Source: a virus
Direction: 5' to 3' (one strand)
DNA length: 34,453 bases
IMG/VR virus record: IMGVR_UViG_3300017991_000049
Coordinates: 192,001 to 226,453 of that record
Positions within the stretch are counted from its first letter, which is position 1; the number at the start of each line of letters is the position of its first letter. This document shows, in pieces, positions 33,611-34,453 of the stretch. Both the position numbers and the translations under genes were made by a program. Under the pieces are notes generated by a model, which was not told where the DNA came from, ran no database searches, and saw only the letters and a list, made by a program, of their open reading frames with translations.

Positions 33611-34016
33611 CCGGCAATCGCTCCTTAATGAACCGCAGGATCTCAGCCCCTACCGCATCCCAGTCGAAGTATGGCCGACGGCCGTCCTCTGGGAAGATCA
33701 GCGGAGCGCCAGCTGCGGCGTCGTCGATGTAGTAGTGCGCGTATGCCTTGTTCGAAGTCGTCCAAGGTTGCGGGTTCTCATTCAGCAGATCGAACTCGAC
33801 GCCGACCGATTCGCAGTAATCGACAGCCTCGGTCAGCACACTGCCTTCTACCTGATTGTCGCTCCGCATGGTCCAGAGGATGAGGGTCGCCCCTGCTTCC
33901 TTGAACTTCTTCAACCACTCCAGCGCCTGCGGCACGGGTGGGCCAACATCGGGGAATCGATGCTCTACGATCGTGCCGTCGAAGTCGACGGCGATATACA
34001 CCTTACGTCCTGGCAT
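33597..34016 (-). CDS. HAD-superfamily phosphatase
   Basis: ATG at 34016 with an AGGA SD. VYIAVDFDGTIV (motif I DxDGT). The ORF track extends to 34076. Confidence 0.55.
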   Translation of the reverse strand: MPGRKVYIAVDFDGTIVEHRFPDVGPPVPQALEWLKKFKEAGATLILWTMRSDNQVEGSVLTEAVDYCESVGVEFDLLNENPQPWTTSNKAYAHYYIDDAAAGAPLIFPEDGRRPYFDWDAVGAEILRFIKERLPDGGT

Positions 34017-34029
34017 TTTGTTCCTGTGA

Positions 34030-34191
34030 TCAAGTTTCGTCCGGGTCGAATATCTCTCGATTCTCGTCCAGGACATCCAGCCGCCGTAGCGGCATGGCCT
34101 CAGCGCGGCGCTTGGCCGCGTCTACGTCCTCAGTGTCAACGACTGCCAGGGCGTCCATCGTCACGCGTACGGGTATCTCAAAGGTAGGCAT
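34030..34191 (-). CDS. hypothetical small protein
   Basis: 54-aa product from the ATG at 34191, which overlaps the upstream stop (TGATG). The ORF-track version is longer. Confidence 0.3.
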   Translation of the reverse strand: MPTFEIPVRVTMDALAVVDTEDVDAAKRRAEAMPLRRLDVLDENREIFDPDET

Positions 34192-34451
34192 CAGTCGTTC
34201 TCCGGATCGTTGTCGATCGGCAGCGCTGCGGTGAGCGAGCCAATCAGTAGTGAAACACGGGTAGCCGCCAGGGAGTAGACTGGCAAGTACCAGACTACGT
34301 CCCACGGCGGCGACAGCCATAGGCTTGGTACGTAGAACAGCACCACGAGCCAGAAAGCAGCATGGTACGACAGACAGACGCGGCAGTTGACGAGCCAGGC
34401 CAGCTTGGCCCAGAACCAATCCCGCCGCGGCCGTTCGATCGGCTCCGCCAT
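34191..34451 (-). CDS. hypothetical membrane protein (2 TM helices)
   Basis: FWAKLAWLVNC...AFWLVVLFYVPSLWL. ATG at 34451. Confidence 0.4.
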   Translation of the reverse strand: MAEPIERPRRDWFWAKLAWLVNCRVCLSYHAAFWLVVLFYVPSLWLSPPWDVVWYLPVYSLAATRVSLLIGSLTAALPIDNDPEND

Positions 34452-34453
34452 GA

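Noticed and set aside
1-34453. Search for CRISPR arrays, tRNA genes, integrase/attachment sites and IS elements
   Set aside because: No spaced direct-repeat arrays, no cloverleaf-compatible ~75-nt segments in the intergenic regions inspected, and no recombinase-like ORFs. None are called.

Overview
This is a GC-rich (~60%) window of a tailed dsDNA phage genome, assigned from gene content rather than any database search. Genes are tightly packed, almost all on the minus strand, and joined by ATGA/TGATG stop-start overlaps, as in long polycistronic phage operons. It covers the DNA replication, recombination and nucleotide-metabolism region and contains no structural, terminase or integrase genes.

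On the minus strand, from the window start:
- a partial family-A DNA polymerase with an N-terminal UDG-like domain and a 3'-5' exonuclease
- a zinc-finger/TOPRIM primase
- a DnaB-like helicase
- an SF2 DEAH helicase
- SbcC (Rad50-like), a coiled-coil ORF, and SbcD (Mre11-like)
- a bifunctional HldE homolog (ADP-heptose pathway)
- a run of uncharacterised small proteins
- a type IV pilin-like protein and a membrane protein
- nucleoside diphosphate kinase
- two overlapping basic-protein frames that look like one gene with a frameshift at an A6 run
- NAD-dependent DNA ligase
- a GHKL ATPase carrying a C-terminal HExxH motif
- RNase H and HAD phosphatases.

The plus strand carries a lone csrA moron with its own sigma70-like promoter. 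It also carries a plus-strand block of metallophosphoesterase, 5'(3')-deoxyribonucleotidase (NT5C-like), a T4 gp1-like dNMP kinase and two unknown ORFs.

Non-coding signals:
- two convergent promoters with identical TTGACA-N17-TAGGAT hexamers at 7361-7590, flanking a plus-strand intrinsic terminator. Together these predict a ~80-nt cis-antisense small RNA.
- intrinsic terminators sharing a GCCCGGGG-U-tract signature
- a repeated CTAAGTCC/GGACTTAG motif upstream of the pilin-like operon.

The csrA, pilin-like and hldE homologs suggest a Gram-negative (proteobacterial) host. Many ORF-track starts are GTG/TTG; where an internal ATG with a Shine-Dalgarno sequence looked better, I give that coordinate and note the alternative.
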